Shown here one piece after another: positions 1-16,117 of a stretch of 64,000 nucleotides of DNA. The translations under genes and the position numbers were made by a program. The DNA is from Escherichia phage vB_Eco_F26, in the sequence record OP870145.1, one strand, 5' to 3'. Under the pieces are notes generated by a model that was not told where the DNA came from, ran no database searches, and saw only the letters and a program-made list of their open reading frames with translations. Each line of letters starts with the position of its first letter. The first letter of the stretch is position 1.

Positions 1-2
1 GC

Positions 3-1955
<1,953 letters not shown>

Positions 1956-1996
1956 TAAATATTATAAACTAATTAAAGCCCAGATTAGGAGAAATC

Positions 1997-5137
<3,141 letters not shown>

Positions 5138-5165
5138 TATTAAAGCATATTAAAGAGGATTAAAA

Positions 5166-7145
5166 ATGACTTTATTATCTCCGGGCATTGAGCTCAAAGA
5201 AACTACGGTTCAAAGCGCCGTGGTTAATAACTCTACTGGTACAGCAGCTTTGGCCGGTAAATTCCAGTGGGGTCCTGCTTTTCAGATTAAACAGGTTACA
5301 AATGAAGTAGATTTAGTTAATACTTTTGGTCAACCAACCGCTGAAACTGCTGACTATTTTATGTCTGCGATGAATTTCTTGCAGTACGGAAATGACTTAC
5401 GAGTAGTTCGTGCTGTTGATAGAGATACCGCTAAAAACTCATCACCAATTGCTGGTAATATTGAATACACAATTTCTACCCCAGGTAGTAACTACGCGGT
5501 TGGAGATAAAATCACGGTCAAATATGTTTCAGACGATATTGAAACTGAAGGTAAAATTACTGAAGTAGACGCAGATGGAAAAATTAAGAAAATTAATATT
5601 CCTACTGCAAAAATTATCGCTAAAGCAAAAGAAGTCGGTGAATATCCAACATTAGGTTCTAACTGGACTGCGGAAATTTCTTCATCTTCCTCTGGTTTAG
5701 CTGCAGTAATAACTCTTGGAAAAATTATTACTGATTCTGGTATTTTATTAGCTGAAATTGAAAATGCTGAAGCTGCTATGACAGCGGTTGACTTTCAAGC
5801 AAATCTTAAAAAATACGGAATTCCAGGAGTAGTAGCGCTTTATCCAGGCGAATTAGGCGATAAAATTGAAATTGAAATCGTATCTAAAGCTGACTATGCA
5901 AAAGGAGCTTCTGCATTACTCCCAATTTATCCAGGTGGTGGTACTCGTGCATCTACTGCCAAAGCAGTGTTTGGATATGGACCACAAACTGATTCACAAT
6001 ACGCTATTATAGTTCGTCGCAATGATGCTATTGTTCAAAGCATTGTTCTTTCAACTAAGCGCGGTGAAAAAGATATTTACGATAGTAACATCTATATCGA
6101 TGACTTTTTCGCAAAAGGTGGTTCAGAATATATTTTTGCAACTGCACAAAACTGGCCAGAAGGCTTCTCTGGAATTTTAACTCTGTCTGGTGGATTATCA
6201 TCAAATGCTGAAGTATCAGCAGGAGATTTGATGGAAGCTTGGGACTTCTTTGCTGACCGTGAATCCGTTGATGTTCAACTGTTTATTGCGGGTTCTTGTG
6301 CCGGTGAATCTTTAGAAACAGCATCTACTGTCCAAAAACACGTCGTTTCAATTGGGGATGCTCGCCAAGATTGCTTAGTATTGTGCTCTCCTCCGCGTGA
6401 AACTGTAGTTGGAATTCCTGTAACTCGTGCTGTTGATAACTTAGTCAATTGGAGAACCGCAACAGGTTCATACACTGATAATAACTTTAATATCAGTTCA
6501 ACCTACGCAGCAATTGATGGTAACTACAAGTATCAGTATGACAAATATAATGATGTGAATCGTTGGGTTCCATTAGCAGCTGATATTGCTGGTTTATGCG
6601 CAAGAACTGATAACGTATCTCAGACTTGGATGTCTCCAGCTGGTTATAATCGTGGTCAGATTCTTAACGTTATTAAACTGGCTATTGAAACTCGCCAGGC
6701 TCAGCGCGACCGTTTATACCAAGAAGCTATCAACCCAGTAACTGGTACAGGTGGCGATGGTTACGTATTGTATGGTGATAAAACAGCTACTTCTGTTCCT
6801 TCTCCATTTGATCGTATTAACGTTCGTCGTCTGTTTAATATGTTGAAAACGAATATCGGACGTAGTTCAAAATATCGTTTGTTCGAATTAAACAACGCGT
6901 TTACTCGTTCATCATTCCGCACAGAAACTGCCCAATACTTGCAGGGAATTAAAGCTCTCGGTGGAATTTATGAATATCGTGTAGTTTGCGATACAACAAA
7001 TAATACTCCGTCAGTAATTGATAGAAATGAGTTTGTTGCAACATTCTACATCCAACCGGCTAGAAGCATTAACTACATTACCTTAAACTTCGTAGCAACT
7101 GCTACTGGTGCAGATTTCGATGAGTTAACTGGTCTTGCTGGTTAA
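5166..7145 (+). CDS. 18: tail sheath protein gp18
   Basis: 659 aa as T4 gp18; late promoter and SD upstream. Confidence 0.9.
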   Translation: MTLLSPGIELKETTVQSAVVNNSTGTAALAGKFQWGPAFQIKQVTNEVDLVNTFGQPTAETADYFMSAMNFLQYGNDLRVVRAVDRDTAKNSSPIAGNIEYTISTPGSNYAVGDKITVKYVSDDIETEGKITEVDADGKIKKINIPTAKIIAKAKEVGEYPTLGSNWTAEISSSSSGLAAVITLGKIITDSGILLAEIENAEAAMTAVDFQANLKKYGIPGVVALYPGELGDKIEIEIVSKADYAKGASALLPIYPGGGTRASTAKAVFGYGPQTDSQYAIIVRRNDAIVQSIVLSTKRGEKDIYDSNIYIDDFFAKGGSEYIFATAQNWPEGFSGILTLSGGLSSNAEVSAGDLMEAWDFFADRESVDVQLFIAGSCAGESLETASTVQKHVVSIGDARQDCLVLCSPPRETVVGIPVTRAVDNLVNWRTATGSYTDNNFNISSTYAAIDGNYKYQYDKYNDVNRWVPLAADIAGLCARTDNVSQTWMSPAGYNRGQILNVIKLAIETRQAQRDRLYQEAINPVTGTGGDGYVLYGDKTATSVPSPFDRINVRRLFNMLKTNIGRSSKYRLFELNNAFTRSSFRTETAQYLQGIKALGGIYEYRVVCDTTNNTPSVIDRNEFVATFYIQPARSINYITLNFVATATGADFDELTGLAG

Positions 7146-7180
7146 TACGGTGCATTCTAAAGGCCTGTTTCGGCAGGCCA

Positions 7181-7188
7181 TATAAATA
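7181..7188 (+). promoter_or_regulatory. late promoter (TATAAATA) upstream of gene 19
   Basis: Exact TATAAATA in the 18-19 intergenic region. Confidence 0.6.
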
Positions 7189-7239
7189 CACTATATCCTT
7201 AATTTTTTAATTCTATATGCCCTAGGTTAAACATAGGGA

Positions 7240-7247
7240 TATAAATA
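7240..7247 (+). promoter_or_regulatory. late promoter (TATAAATA) for gene 19
   Basis: Exact TATAAATA 15 nt upstream of gene 19 ATG. Confidence 0.7.
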
Positions 7248-7261
7248 CTACAGAGGCTAAT

Positions 7262-7753
7262 ATGTTTGTAGATGATGTAACACGAGCGTTTGAATCTGGT
7301 GATTTTGCTCGACCTAACTTATTCCAAGTAGAAATTTCTTATCTTGGACAAAATTTTACGTTTCAATGTAAAGCCACTGCTTTACCAGCTGGTATTGTAG
7401 AAAAAATTCCAGTCGGATTTATGAACCGTAAAATTAACGTAGCAGGCGATCGTACATTTGATGACTGGACTGTTACAGTAATGAACGATGAAGCTCATGA
7501 TGCTCGTCAGAAGTTCGTTGATTGGCAAAGCATTGCTGCGGGACAAGGAAACGAAATTACTGGTGGAAAACCTGCAGAGTATAAAAAGAGCGCTATCGTT
7601 CGTCAATATGCTCGTGACGCTAAAACAGTAACAAAAGAAATTGAAATTAAAGGTCTGTGGCCTACTAACGTGGGTGAACTTCAATTAGATTGGGATTCAA
7701 ACAATGAAATCCAAACCTTTGAAGTAACTCTTGCTCTCGATTATTGGGAATAA
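7262..7753 (+). CDS. 19: tail tube protein gp19
   Basis: 163 aa as T4 gp19; two late promoters upstream. Confidence 0.85.
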   Translation: MFVDDVTRAFESGDFARPNLFQVEISYLGQNFTFQCKATALPAGIVEKIPVGFMNRKINVAGDRTFDDWTVTVMNDEAHDARQKFVDWQSIAAGQGNEITGGKPAEYKKSAIVRQYARDAKTVTKEIEIKGLWPTNVGELQLDWDSNNEIQTFEVTLALDYWE

Positions 7754-7785
7754 AATGAATGGGGAGAAATCCCCATCCTGCTTAA

Positions 7786-9410
<1,625 letters not shown>

Positions 9411-9411
<1 letters not shown>

Positions 9412-9650
9412 TGGAAGGTTTAATTGAAGCTATTAAATCAAACGACCTCGTAGCCGCTCGTAAATTATTTGCTGAAGCCATGGCTGCAAGAACGATTGAT
9501 TTAATTAAAGAAGAAAAAATCGCTATCGCTCGTAATTTCTTAATCGAAGGTGAAGAACCTGAAGACGAGGATGAAGATGATGACGAAGATAGTGATGATA
9601 AAGACGACAAAAAAGACAAAGACTCTGACGAAGACGAGGATGATGAATAA
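9411..9650 (+). CDS. 67: prohead core protein gp67 (acidic C-terminal tail)
   Basis: 79 aa, poly-Asp/Glu tail; position after gene 20. Confidence 0.7.
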
Positions 9651-10075
9651 TGCTTCTGATCCCTGAAACTCATGAATTAGTTCTCGAGAATGTCGAAGCA
9701 CTTATTCCTGAAGCACAGGGTCGCTTTGACGAATTGTCTTCCGCTTTAAATAAAGACGATATAAATACAATTGTCGAGAATATGCTTGATGATGAAACTG
9801 ATTTAGCGGTTGCATTAGCTTCTATTAATGAAAATATGCCGTTAAATGAATTTATCGTTAAACATGTTTCTGCCCGTGGTGAAATTACTCGCACTAAAGA
9901 TCGCAAAACCCGCGAACGTAATGCATTTCAAACTACCGGGTTGTCTAAAGCAAAACGTAGACAAATTGCTCGTAAAGCTACCAAAACGAAGATTGCCAAT
10001 CCAGCAGGTCAATCTCGTGCTCAGCGTAAGCGTAAAAAAGCTCTTAAACGCCGTAAAGCATTAGGATTAAGCTAA
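9650..10075 (+). CDS. 68: prohead core protein gp68
   Basis: 141 aa as T4 gp68; basic C-terminus; synteny. Confidence 0.7.
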
Positions 10076-10713
10076 TGAATGAACCCCAATTACTAATTGA
10101 AACTTGGGGTCAACCTGGCGAAATTATTGATGGCGTACCAATGCTTGAATCTCATGATGGAAAAGACTTAGGTTTAAAACCGGGTTTATACATCGAAGGA
10201 ATATTCATGCAAGCGGAAGTCGTCAATAGAAATAAACGTCTTTATCCAAAACGTATATTAGAAAAAGCGGTAAAAGACTATATTAATGAGCAAGTTTTAA
10301 CTAAACAAGCTCTCGGAGAATTAAATCATCCTCCACGCGCTAATGTTGACCCGATGCAAGCCGCTATCATTATAGAAGATATGTGGTGGAAAGGAAATGA
10401 CGTATACGGACGAGCTCGTGTTATTGAAGGTGACCACGGTCCTGGAGATAAATTAGCAGCTAATATTCGTGCCGGATGGATTCCAGGAGTTTCTTCTCGT
10501 GGATTAGGTTCATTGACTGACACAAATAAAGGTTATCGTATCGTAAACGAAGGATTCAAATTAACTGTAGGTGTTGATGCAGTATGGGGTCCAAGTGCTC
10601 CAGATGCATGGGTAACTCCTAAGGAAATTACCGAATCACAGACGGCGGAAGCCGATACAAGTGCCGATGACGCCTATATGGCTCTCGCAGAGGCCATGAA
10701 AAAAGCGTTATAA
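10075..10713 (+). CDS. 21: prohead core protease gp21
   Basis: 212 aa as T4 gp21; synteny. Confidence 0.85.
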   Translation: MNEPQLLIETWGQPGEIIDGVPMLESHDGKDLGLKPGLYIEGIFMQAEVVNRNKRLYPKRILEKAVKDYINEQVLTKQALGELNHPPRANVDPMQAAIIIEDMWWKGNDVYGRARVIEGDHGPGDKLAANIRAGWIPGVSSRGLGSLTDTNKGYRIVNEGFKLTVGVDAVWGPSAPDAWVTPKEITESQTAEADTSADDAYMALAEAMKKAL

Positions 10714-10716
10714 ATA
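10709..10716 (+). promoter_or_regulatory. late promoter (TATAAATA) for gene 22
   Basis: Exact TATAAATA overlapping gene 21 stop, ~28 nt before gene 22 ATG. Confidence 0.65.
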
Positions 10717-10743
10717 TTATTATCTAAACAACAGGACTACAAA

Positions 10744-11553
10744 ATGCTTAAAGAACAACTGATTGCCGAAGCGCAGAAAATTGATGCTTCCGTTGCTCTT
10801 GATAGTATTTTCGAATCAGTTAATATTTCTCCGGAAGCAAAAGAAACTTTCGGCACTGTATTCGAAGCTACCGTCAAGCAGCACGCCGTTAAATTAGCTG
10901 AATCTCATATCGCTAAAATTGCTGAAAAAGCAGAAGAAGAAGTAGAAAAAAATAAAGAAGAAGCAGAAGAAAAAGCTGAGAAGAAAATCGCTGAGCAAGC
11001 TTCTAAATTCATTGACCATCTTGCAAAAGAATGGCTCGCTGAAAATAAATTAGCAGTTGATAAAGGCATCAAAGCCGAACTGTTTGAATCCATGCTTGGT
11101 GGATTAAAAGAGCTCTTTGTTGAACACAACGTTGTTGTTCCAGAAGAATCAGTTGATATTGTAGCTGAAATGGAAGAAGAGCTGCAAGAACATAAAGAAG
11201 AATCAGCTCGTCTGTTCGAAGAACTCAATAAGCGTGACGCATATATCAATTATGTGCAGCGTGAAGTGGCATTGAGCGAAAGTACTAAAGATCTGACTGA
11301 GTCTCAAAAAGAAAAAGTCTCTGCTCTGGTCGAAGGTATGGGTTATTCAGATGCATTCTCAAGTAAATTGAGTGCAATCGTAGAAATGGTGAAGAAATCT
11401 AATAAAGATGAAAGCACTATTACTGAGAGTATAAATACTCCTGATACTGAAGCAGCCGGACTGAATTTCGTCACTGAAGCTGTAGAAGATAAAGCTGCAC
11501 AGGGTGCAGAAGATATTGTAAGTGTATATGCGAAAGTCGCATCTCGTTTCTAA
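10744..11553 (+). CDS. 22: prohead core scaffold protein gp22
   Basis: 269 aa, coiled-coil, Glu/Lys rich; T4 gp22 length. Confidence 0.85.
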   Translation: MLKEQLIAEAQKIDASVALDSIFESVNISPEAKETFGTVFEATVKQHAVKLAESHIAKIAEKAEEEVEKNKEEAEEKAEKKIAEQASKFIDHLAKEWLAENKLAVDKGIKAELFESMLGGLKELFVEHNVVVPEESVDIVAEMEEELQEHKEESARLFEELNKRDAYINYVQREVALSESTKDLTESQKEKVSALVEGMGYSDAFSSKLSAIVEMVKKSNKDESTITESINTPDTEAAGLNFVTEAVEDKAAQGAEDIVSVYAKVASRF

Positions 11554-11571
11554 TTTTAAAGGTTAACACAA

Positions 11572-13137
11572 ATGACTATCAAAACTAAAGCTGAACTTTT
11601 GAACAAATGGAAGCCATTACTGGAAGGTGAAGGTTTACCGGAAATTGCTAATAGCAAACAAGCGATTATCGCTAAAATCTTTGAAAACCAGGAAAAAGAT
11701 TTCCAGACAGCTCCAGAGTACAAAGACGAAAAAATCGCTCAGGCGTTCGGTTCTTTCTTAACAGAAGCTGAAATTGGTGGTGACCACGGTTACAATGCTA
11801 CCAACATCGCTGCAGGTCAGACTTCTGGCGCAGTAACCCAGATTGGCCCGGCTGTTATGGGTATGGTACGTCGTGCTATTCCTAACCTGATTGCTTTCGA
11901 TATTTGCGGTGTTCAGCCGATGAACAGCCCGACTGGTCAGGTATTCGCACTGCGCGCAGTATATGGTAAAGACCCAATCGCTTCCGGCGCTAAAGAAGCA
12001 TTCCACCCAATGTATGGTCCAGATGCAATGTTCTCTGGTCAGGGTGCTGCTAAGAAATTCGCTGCTTTGAAAGCAAATGATACTCTTGAAGTCGGAACTA
12101 TTTACACCCACTTCTTCCAGGACACTGGTACTGTGTATCTGCAAGCTACAGAAGTTAAGCAAATTGACACTAGTGCAACTGACGCAGCTAAATTAGATGC
12201 TGAAATTAAGAAACAAATGGAAGCTGGTGTACTGGTAGAAATCGCTGAAGGTATGGCTACTTCTATCGCTGAACTCCAGGAAGGTTTCAATGGTTCTACC
12301 GATAACTCATGGAATGAAATGGGCTTCCGTATCGATAAACAAGTTATCGAAGCTAAATCTCGTCAGCTGAAAGCTGCTTACTCTATTGAATTAGCACAAG
12401 ACCTTCGCGCTGTTCACGGTATGGATGCTGATGCTGAACTGTCCGGTATTCTGGCTACCGAAATTATGCTGGAAATCAACCGCGAAGTTGTTGATTGGAT
12501 TAACTACTCAGCTCAGGTTGGTAAATCTGGTATGACCCTGACTCCGGGTTCTAAAGCTGGTGTATTTGACTTCCAGGATCCGATTGATATTCGTGGTGCT
12601 CGCTGGGCGGGTGAATCCTTTAAAGCTCTGTTGTTCCAGATTGACAAAGAAGCAGTTGAAATTGCTCGTCAGACCGGTCGTGGTGAAGGTAACTTCATTA
12701 TCGCTTCCCGTAACGTAGTTAACGTTCTGGCTTCAGTTGATACCGGCATTTCTTATGCTGCACAAGGTCTGGCTACCGGCTTTAACACTGATACTACCAA
12801 GTCAGTATTTGCTGGTGTTCTGGGTGGTAAATACCGTGTATATATCGACCAGTATGCTAAACAGGATTATTTCACTGTAGGTTATAAAGGTCCGAACGAA
12901 ATGGATGCTGGTATTTACTATGCTCCATATGTAGCTCTGACTCCGCTGCGTGGTTCCGATCCGAAGAACTTCCAACCAGTAATGGGATTCAAAACTCGTT
13001 ACGGTATCGGTATCAACCCATTTGCAGAATCCGCTGCTCAGGCTCCGGCTTCTCGCATTCAGAGCGGTATGCCTTCTATTCTGAATAGCCTTGGTAAAAA
13101 CGCTTACTTTAGACGTGTATATGTTAAAGGTATCTAA
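11572..13137 (+). CDS. 23: major capsid protein gp23
   Basis: 521 aa; sequence recognisable as T4 gp23 (MTIKTKAELLNKWKPLLEGEG...). Confidence 0.95.
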   Translation: MTIKTKAELLNKWKPLLEGEGLPEIANSKQAIIAKIFENQEKDFQTAPEYKDEKIAQAFGSFLTEAEIGGDHGYNATNIAAGQTSGAVTQIGPAVMGMVRRAIPNLIAFDICGVQPMNSPTGQVFALRAVYGKDPIASGAKEAFHPMYGPDAMFSGQGAAKKFAALKANDTLEVGTIYTHFFQDTGTVYLQATEVKQIDTSATDAAKLDAEIKKQMEAGVLVEIAEGMATSIAELQEGFNGSTDNSWNEMGFRIDKQVIEAKSRQLKAAYSIELAQDLRAVHGMDADAELSGILATEIMLEINREVVDWINYSAQVGKSGMTLTPGSKAGVFDFQDPIDIRGARWAGESFKALLFQIDKEAVEIARQTGRGEGNFIIASRNVVNVLASVDTGISYAAQGLATGFNTDTTKSVFAGVLGGKYRVYIDQYAKQDYFTVGYKGPNEMDAGIYYAPYVALTPLRGSDPKNFQPVMGFKTRYGIGINPFAESAAQAPASRIQSGMPSILNSLGKNAYFRRVYVKGI

Positions 13138-13150
13138 TCTTTGACGATTT

Positions 13151-13183
13151 AAGGGACCTTCGGGTCCCTTTAGTTGTTTTTAT
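13151..13183 (+). terminator. rho-independent terminator after gene 23
   Basis: Hairpin AAGGGACC-TTCG-GGTCCCTT followed by T-run. Confidence 0.75.
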
Positions 13184-13185
13184 GG

Positions 13186-13193
13186 TATAAATA
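13186..13193 (+). promoter_or_regulatory. late promoter (TATAAATA) for gene 24
   Basis: Exact TATAAATA ~28 nt upstream of ATG 13221. Confidence 0.7.
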
Positions 13194-13220
13194 AATCATA
13201 TAAACCAAAAGGAAAGCGCA

Positions 13221-14504
13221 ATGGCTAAAATCAACGAACTTCTGCGCGAATCAACCACAACGAATAGCAACTCAATCGGTCGCCCAAATCTCGTTGCTTT
13301 GACTCGCGCTACCACTAAATTAATATATTCTGACATTGTAGCAACGCAGAGAACTAATCAACCTGTTGCTGCTTTTTATGGTATCAAATACCTTAACCCA
13401 GACAATGAATTTACATTTAAAACTGGTGCTACTTATGCTGGCGAAGCTGGATATGTAGACCGAGAACAAATCACAGAATTAACAGAAGAGTCTAAATTAA
13501 CTCTCAATAAAGGCGATTTATTCAAATATAATAATATCGTTTATAAAGTATTAGAAGATACACCATTTGCTGATATTGAAGAAAGTGATTTAGAATTAGC
13601 TCTTCAGATTGCAATTGTTCTTTTAAAGGTTCGTCTATTTTCTGATGCTGCAGTAACAAGCAAATTTGAAAGCTCTGATAGTGAAATTGCGGATGCTAGA
13701 TTCCAGATTAATAAATGGCAAACCGCAGTTAAATCTCGCAAACTTAAAACTGGTATCACAGTTGAATTAGCACAAGATTTAGAAGCAAATGGATTCGATG
13801 CTCCTAATTTCTTGGAAGATTTGCTTGCAACTGAAATGGCAGATGAAATCAATAAAGATATTCTGCAATCTTTGATCACAGTGTCAAAACGCTATAAAGT
13901 TACAGGAATTACTGATAGTGGATTCATCGATTTGAGTTATGCATCTGCACCTGAAGCTGGTCGTTCATTATACCGAATGGTATGTGAAATGGTTTCACAT
14001 ATCCAAAAAGAATCAACTTATACAGCAACGTTCTGTGTTGCTTCAGCTCGTGCTGCTGCGATTCTTGCTGCATCAGGTTGGTTAAAACATAAACCGGAAG
14101 ATGATAAATATCTTTCACAAAATGCCTACGGGTTCTTAGCTAATGGTTTACCGCTTTATTGCGATACTAACAGCCCATTAGATTATGTAATCGTTGGTGT
14201 AGTAGAAAATATCGGTGAAAAAGAAATTGTTGGATCAATTTTCTATGCTCCGTATACAGAAGGTCTCGACTTAGATGACCCTGAACATGTAGGTGCGTTT
14301 AAAGTTGTTGTTGATCCAGAAAGCTTACAGCCGTCTATCGGTTTATTAGTTAGATATGCTTTATCAGCAAATCCTTATACCGTAGCAAAAGATGAAAAAG
14401 AAGCAAGAGTAATTGATGGTGGAGACATGGATAAAATGGCGGGTCGTTCAGATTTGTCTGTTTTATTAGGTGTTAAGCTACCAAAAATTATCATTGATGA
14501 ATAA
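13221..14504 (+). CDS. 24: capsid vertex protein gp24
   Basis: 427 aa as T4 gp24; late promoter upstream. Confidence 0.9.
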   Translation: MAKINELLRESTTTNSNSIGRPNLVALTRATTKLIYSDIVATQRTNQPVAAFYGIKYLNPDNEFTFKTGATYAGEAGYVDREQITELTEESKLTLNKGDLFKYNNIVYKVLEDTPFADIEESDLELALQIAIVLLKVRLFSDAAVTSKFESSDSEIADARFQINKWQTAVKSRKLKTGITVELAQDLEANGFDAPNFLEDLLATEMADEINKDILQSLITVSKRYKVTGITDSGFIDLSYASAPEAGRSLYRMVCEMVSHIQKESTYTATFCVASARAAAILAASGWLKHKPEDDKYLSQNAYGFLANGLPLYCDTNSPLDYVIVGVVENIGEKEIVGSIFYAPYTEGLDLDDPEHVGAFKVVVDPESLQPSIGLLVRYALSANPYTVAKDEKEARVIDGGDMDKMAGRSDLSVLLGVKLPKIIIDE

Positions 14505-14507
14505 AAC

Positions 14508-14533
14508 AAAGGGACCTTTCGGTCCCTTTTTAT
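14508..14533. terminator. bidirectional hairpin terminator between convergent genes 24 and rnlB
   Basis: AAAGGGACC-TTTC-GGTCCCTTT palindrome flanked by A/T runs. Confidence 0.7.
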
Positions 14534-15538
14534 TTAACTTACCAATTCAATCCAAGCCGGACGAAGTACATCTTGTACCATTTTAACTAATTCCTTTTTA
14601 ATCAAAGAAGGATTATCCGCTTGAGTTAGAGTAATACCTTCACGAGAAGTTTCTTCCAAAATATCTTGAACAGTTAGCCCCATCACCTTTCCAAAATCCT
14701 TTGGACCAATTTCGCCAATTTTAGAAATAACGTTATTTACTCGGTTCAGTGTAACGTAACAAGCTAAAATCCCCACCAATTTGTTATCAGCTTCTGACAG
14801 TTCAACTTTAGCTTTAATAGGCTTATCAGACTTTTTCTTTTCACTAAATTTGGAATTCTTGCATTTAATCGCTACACGATTGCGATTAGGCAGCCAAGAA
14901 GGATAACAAGGTTTCAATACATATCCTTCAGCAGTAAATACTTCGCCTTTTGCTTCGGCATTCCAGACGCATTTATTTGCATCAACTAACCCAGCATGGT
15001 CTACTGTAAAATTATAATCTTGGACGACAGAATCTAAATCATTTGGCAATTTAATAAGATCTTCAAATTTACCACGACCCAAAAGTGGAGCGATTTTAAA
15101 CCCAAATGAATTACAAAACGATTCCATCATGTAATCATCAACATAAGTTACATCACCACTTTCTGTAGTGACAATAATGTCAAATACATAAAAATCTTTA
15201 TCGCCATAATCGACATTCTTCTGAATGCCAGGTCCAGCGAATTCGCCAAAGACTTGATAAGATACAACCGCTGAGGTTTCCATAATATCTTGTACTGCTT
15301 TAATAGAATCTTCGTAATTCTTTAGAATAATTTCATACCCAAAGAAATCTTCAGCAGGAAGAATTGGTCCAGTACGTTTAGCGCAAGTTACTTTATCACG
15401 CTCAATAATCAATGAGAAATTTGTGCCGTGAATCTTTTCACGAGCTACCCACTCCCCACCAGTCAATCCCAAGCTATAAAGTTTTTCAATAAATTTAGAG
15501 TTGTAATGATTTTCAAGACTGCTATACTTTTTAAACAT
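14534..15538 (-). CDS. rnlB: RNA ligase 2
   Basis: 334 aa; nucleotidyltransferase KxHG motif (REKIHGTNF); T4 position after gene 24. Confidence 0.8.
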   Translation of the reverse strand: MFKKYSSLENHYNSKFIEKLYSLGLTGGEWVAREKIHGTNFSLIIERDKVTCAKRTGPILPAEDFFGYEIILKNYEDSIKAVQDIMETSAVVSYQVFGEFAGPGIQKNVDYGDKDFYVFDIIVTTESGDVTYVDDYMMESFCNSFGFKIAPLLGRGKFEDLIKLPNDLDSVVQDYNFTVDHAGLVDANKCVWNAEAKGEVFTAEGYVLKPCYPSWLPNRNRVAIKCKNSKFSEKKKSDKPIKAKVELSEADNKLVGILACYVTLNRVNNVISKIGEIGPKDFGKVMGLTVQDILEETSREGITLTQADNPSLIKKELVKMVQDVLRPAWIELVS

Positions 15539-15547
15539 AATTAATCC

Positions 15548-15826
15548 TCAAAATGTAATTTCTAACCAATCACCATCACGCTGATCACTATTGACTTTAA
15601 AGCTGAATCCTTCTTTTCTCAGCCAATCACCAATTTCTTCAGTAATCAATTTATCACGAGCAATACAATAATAATTAAAATGTGTTTTACCTTGTTCAGC
15701 TGCTTTATTAGCAAGTTCCGAAAAATCTTTAATAAAACACTCTAGCTTAAACTGTTTACTTTTTAATGCTTTTTCGCGCAATTGATTAGCAAAAGATTCA
15801 TTTTCATAAAGATCATACTGTTCCAT
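15548..15826 (-). CDS. hypothetical protein (24.2-like)
   Basis: 92 aa ORF, compact spacing; synteny. Confidence 0.45.
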   Translation of the reverse strand: MEQYDLYENESFANQLREKALKSKQFKLECFIKDFSELANKAAEQGKTHFNYYCIARDKLITEEIGDWLRKEGFSFKVNSDQRDGDWLEITF

Positions 15827-16028
15827 TTTTCACCTTTTTATTGATATGTCTTTTTCTATAGACAACTTTTTCTCGAGTCTCAAATTTATTCTTAGCAGTC
15901 ATAGCTCGAGCCCATAATACAGCCACTTCTTTTGCCTGTAAGTTCAATTCACGAGCAATTTCAATGAATGACTTTCCAGACTCATGAAGCGTAAACACCA
16001 CAACCTCAGTTCTCATAATTAATCTCAT
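15813..16028 (-). CDS. hypothetical protein (24.3-like)
   Basis: 71 aa ORF overlapping downstream ORF start. Confidence 0.4.
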   Translation of the reverse strand: MRLIMRTEVVVFTLHESGKSFIEIARELNLQAKEVAVLWARAMTAKNKFETREKVVYRKRHINKKVKNGTV

Positions 16029-16093
16029 GTTATCGAGTTGGTGCCATTATATACATCATTTTCTGATTGTGTTTTGCGTGCTTTCAAAATGAA

Positions 16094-16113
16094 GAAAGGG
16101 GCCGAAGCCCCTT
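16094..16113 (-). terminator. rho-independent terminator after hoc
   Basis: GGGGC-CGAA-GCCCC hairpin with T-run in - strand direction. Confidence 0.6.
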
Positions 16114-16117
16114 ATGA

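Noticed and set aside
10905-12290. - strand ORFs of 62-134 aa inside genes 22 and 23
   Set aside because: Embedded antisense in highly expressed structural genes with well-supported + strand frames
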